Made by a program: the position numbers and the translations under genes. Below are positions 63,001 to 64,000 of a stretch of DNA of 64,000 nt, piece after piece. The stretch's first letter is position 1, and each line of letters begins with the position of its first letter. Origin of the DNA: Vermamoeba vermiformis (Eukaryota); contig JBEWZL010000304.1 of assembly GCA_045837725.1 (NCBI GenBank), positions 124,001 to 188,000 on the forward strand, written 5' to 3'. The notes under the pieces were generated by a model. That model was not told the origin of the DNA. It worked only from the letters and a program-made list of their open reading frames with translations, and did not search any database.

Positions 63001-64000
63001 GGGTCCGATGAACGCAGTTGTGGTGTTGATATTGACGAGTTCATAGTAAGAGTGCTTGATCCAAATATAAACGAGCTAGAATCTCCGTGGCTGGATGATA
63101 ATTCAGGCTTGGATTTTTTTCTAATGAGAATTGGATTCACTCCTAATCCGTGCGTTGGACTTGATGGCGTGCTTTGTGAATTGCTAAGTAAATCAGCAAG
63201 ATTGCCTTTTCGCGACGATTTTTTGTCGATCTTGACTGTAGCAATTTGATCTAGAGCCAAAAAAAATTAATAAATAATTTTTGGCGTTGATTTACTATTG
63301 ACTTGTGTGTTTACAACGGACAATTTAAAAATAATTCTTCAGGCGGTTTCAAACAAAAAAAATTTGACACGTGTCAAACATTTACATTGTGCTTTGATAT
63401 CATGAAGGCACGCTTATTATGTACATAGATTTTCGGGTCTTAAAGTTACTTGTATACTTTATACATAACCGAAGCAGAAAAATTTAAATTCAAGAAATGT
63501 GTCAATTTGTGAACCGCGAATAAAAAGTACTTAAATTGAGCTGCTTATGCTATGTAATTACTTACATTTGCCTTCTTTATCGACTTCTAGCGTTTTCATG
63601 TTCGCCCAAAGAATTTTCGCTTGCGATTTCCACTTGGTCTTCGAGTTTTTGCAATTGTTTCCGTACAGCGACAAGATCGACAAACTTAATTGCGTCTCGA
63701 CCTCCGCTGGTGTTGTTTCTATCATATTATTGTGCAGGTATAATTCTACTAACGTTGGAAGCTTCAATAATTCCATAGGCAATTGCTCGAGTTTGTTGCC
63801 GGACAAATCCAACGTTTGAAGGGCATCAAAGTGCTTAATTTCGTTAGCAGTCGATGTTACTAGCTTGTTGTTCGATACATCTAATACTTCTAACGAGGAA
63901 ATTAAGCCGTGAACGGGTTCAGGTTGATACCTCTCGAGCCAAACCCAAATCTGGTTATTTTGGAGGAACAACGTGTTGAGGCTTTGCATGAATAACAACT
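57055..64000 (-). CDS. RasGEF with N-terminal LRRs, Ser/Pro-rich linker, formin-type GBD/FH3 domain and ubiquitin-like folds (Dictyostelium GefL-like architecture); 5' end outside the window
   Basis: LRR LDLSGNKLEQLPMEL. GBD/FH3-like WMTSFVSSGGIKYI and LEFINTVL...TRMKIRDEF. CDC25 motifs IAKQLT, ELLNQAW, NNFHLLTAIISGLN, FKNYR, PCIPY, KDLTFIDEGNPD, INFAKRR and SLKIEPR. Confidence 0.9.

Noticed and set aside
1-64000. CRISPR arrays, rRNA, tRNA or autonomous transposons
   Set aside because: No regularly spaced repeat-spacer array, rRNA-like tract, cloverleaf, or transposase/reverse transcriptase motifs were seen. The TGACACGTGTCA copies are irregularly dispersed.

Overview
AT-rich, compact, intron-dense eukaryotic DNA with GT-AG introns of mostly 50-150 nt and a CTAAY-type branch site. 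It is most consistent with a free-living amoeba (Amoebozoa, inferred from the LRR-GBD/FH3-RasGEF architecture and the TEP1 homologue). About 20 protein-coding genes are present: four F-box proteins, an ADP1-like ABCG half-transporter, an APCDD1-domain GPI-type protein, a PRISE-type reductase, a serine carboxypeptidase, a PA-domain 7TM protein, two four-domain L-type lectins flanking a fatty-acid-hydroxylase gene, a Notum/pectinacetylesterase, a recently duplicated bacterial-like FN3 protein, two tiny myristoylation-motif ORFs, TEP1 and a truncated RasGEF. The most notable non-coding signals are (1) a ~300-nt rod-like fold-back inside an ABC-transporter intron, whose G-U wobbles and C(UUCG)G loop favour the strand antisense to the host gene, and (2) a 12-bp palindrome, TGACACGTGTCA, found 10 times, 9 of them in introns. 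Gene models were assembled by eye, so exon boundaries and some starts are approximate. Family assignments come from motif recognition, not database searches.
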